Below are positions 62,300 through 64,000 of a stretch of DNA of 64,000 nucleotides, piece after piece. Position 1 is the first letter of the stretch; each line of letters begins with the position of its first letter. Made by a program: the position numbers and the translations under genes. This stretch comes from Ostrea edulis (lineage: Eukaryota): positions 45,942,001 to 46,006,000 of the forward strand of contig NC_079165.1 of the NCBI RefSeq assembly GCF_947568905.1, read 5' to 3'. Below the pieces are notes generated by a model. That model saw only the letters and a list, made by a program, of their open reading frames with translations, was not told the DNA's origin and made no database searches.

Positions 62300-62468
62300 A
62301 TGTAATGGTTATCGTCTAGCATCCTCGTAATATTCACATTATCAAATAGATGGGCGGTCTTCTGTCACGAGTGCGCGGAGCGCACGAGTGAGAGAAGGGC
62401 CGCCCATCTCTTTGATAATGTGAATTTTACGAGGATGCTAGAAGATAACCGACTTTTGTCACATATTT
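62300..62468. repeat. Palindromic non-autonomous element core (copy 1)
   Basis: GGTTATC.TCTAGCATCCTCGTAA.ATTCACATTATCAAA.AGATGGGCGG ... CCGCCCATCTCTTTGATAATGTGAATTTTACGAGGATGCTAGAAGATAACC. It is nearly identical to 63630-63785. Confidence 0.85.
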
Positions 62469-62834
62469 ACAGTGATTTTCTTTTGTTGTTCAGGTATTGT
62501 ATCTGGTTATCATCAATAGGGTTTTGTTATCGCATATGTGATAAAACGAGCTCCTCCCACCTTGTTATCGCATGGGCGGTACTAACATCAGAATTACACA
62601 ATAGAAACAAGACAGGGATAATTCTGTTTTCGTGAAGTTACTTTTGCTGTTTCACGGGCGAAGCGTGCGCCGATCGATGTCTGGGGCGTTGAAACAGACG
62701 ATAAGTGTTATGTAGCAAATACATGTATACACATACCTGTGACAGTAATATATGTTAAATAGTTCTCTCTCTCTCTCATTTTATAAAGAGTTTGCTAATG
62801 CAAGTCTTTAATCTTTTTCCGACTTTAATATTTA

Positions 62835-63071
62835 CGGAAGCATATTAGGGCCGCAGCAGTATCTTTTTTTAGTTTGTTATAACAAATTAGTAATTTGTTT
62901 TAACAGATTATTAATTTGTTATAACAAATTACTAATCTGTTATAACAAATTACTAATTTGTTATAACAAATTAATAATTTGTTGTATCAAATTATTAATC
63001 TGTTATAACAAATTAATAATCTGTTATAACAAACTAAAAAAAGATACTGCTGCGGCCCTAATATGTTTCCG
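62835..63071. mobile_element. MITE with long TIRs and an internal ~21-bp array, TA target
   Basis: CGGAAGCATATTAGGGCCGCAGCAGTATCTTTTTTT ... AAAAAAAGATACTGCTGCGGCCCTAATATGTTTCCG, flanked by TA on both sides. Internal AATTA.TAAT.TGTTATAACA repeats. It interrupts a local ~370-bp duplicated unit. Confidence 0.85.
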
Positions 63072-63276
63072 TAAATATTTGTGTTATACAGCCACCAACA
63101 TGTGATAGATACTGCAAGGGATAATCAGTTTTCGTTAAGTTAGTTTTGCTATTTTACGGGTAAAGCGTGCGCCGATTGATGATGGGCGTTGAAGCAGACA
63201 GGAATTGTTATGTAACACATATACACATACCTGTGACCGTGGTTTTTCCCCCCCCCCCAGTCAGTAATGTTAAATA

Positions 63277-63327
<51 letters not shown>

Positions 63328-63420
63328 ATAAAGAGTTTGCTAATGCAAGTCTTTAATCCTTTTCCTACTTTAATATTTGTGTTATACATGTTTTCTTAAA
63401 ACATTTGTACAAATACATGA

Positions 63421-63998
63421 ATAGAATTAAATTCCTGAAAAATTATTTATGAAGCCACCAATATGTGATTGATACTGACAGGGATAATCAATTTTCGTTA
63501 AGTTAGTTTTGCTGTTTTACGGGTAAAGCGTATTAAATTTTATATACACATGCATCTATGGCAATCTACCATTGTATTGAATGTATGCATGGTTCAATAA
63601 ATGTAAAATGAGAAGCTTTTAAAATATGTGACGTAATGGTTATCTTCTAGCATCCGAGTAATATTCACGTTATCAAATAGATGGGCGGTCTTCTGTCACG
63701 AGTTCGCGGAGCGCACGAGTGAGAGAAGGACCGCCCATCTCTTTGATAATGTGAATTTTACGAGGATGCTAGAAGATAACCGACTTGTCACATATTTCAA
63801 AAGCTTCTCATTTTACATTTATTGAACCATGCATACATTCAATACAATGGTAGATTGCCATAGATGCATGTGTATATAAAATTTAATACGCTTTACCCGT
63901 AAAACAGCAAAACTAACTTAACGAAAATTGATTATCCCTGTCAGTATCAATCACATATTGGTGGCTTCATAAATAATTTTTCAGGAATTTAATTCTAT
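63421..63998. repeat. ~580-bp foldback palindrome reaching the window edge
   Basis: 63421-63620 is the exact reverse complement of 63799-63998. The inner part is an imperfect palindrome centred near 63709. Confidence 0.95.
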
Positions 63999-64000
63999 AC

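Overview
This is AT-rich (roughly one-third GC by eye), intron-rich animal DNA. The repeat content and gene set suggest a bivalve, probably an oyster (Ostreidae); that assignment is inference. I reconstructed six protein-coding genes by hand, checking GT-AG splice phases. (1) A SAXO/FAM154-family axonemal microtubule stabiliser (+, 7 coding exons). (2) A secreted four-lectin mosaic protein: SUEL, F5/8-C, C-type lectin and chitin-binding type 2 (+, 12 exons). (3) A FAXC/failed-axon-connections GST-like gene (+, 6 exons). (4) An intronless class A GPCR (-). (5) An LRR-Roc-COR-Death ROCO protein (-, MFHAS1-like). (6) A secreted His/Thr/Lys-rich block polyampholyte nested antisense inside the ROCO gene's second intron. 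The remainder is transposon debris: Penelope-like RT and 3' ends, a minimal hammerhead ribozyme, a Gypsy LTR/PBS/gag remnant, one complete and one partial tRNA-containing TRIM (Helenus type), hAT and other MITEs, an Academ-like fragment, palindromic elements and many minisatellites. The least explained pattern is that in three of the five multi-exon genes a tandem array is built from a copy of an exon end plus its own 5' splice site. A near-perfect ~580-bp foldback that mirrors local flanking DNA runs to the right edge of the window. There are no prokaryotic features or CRISPR arrays.
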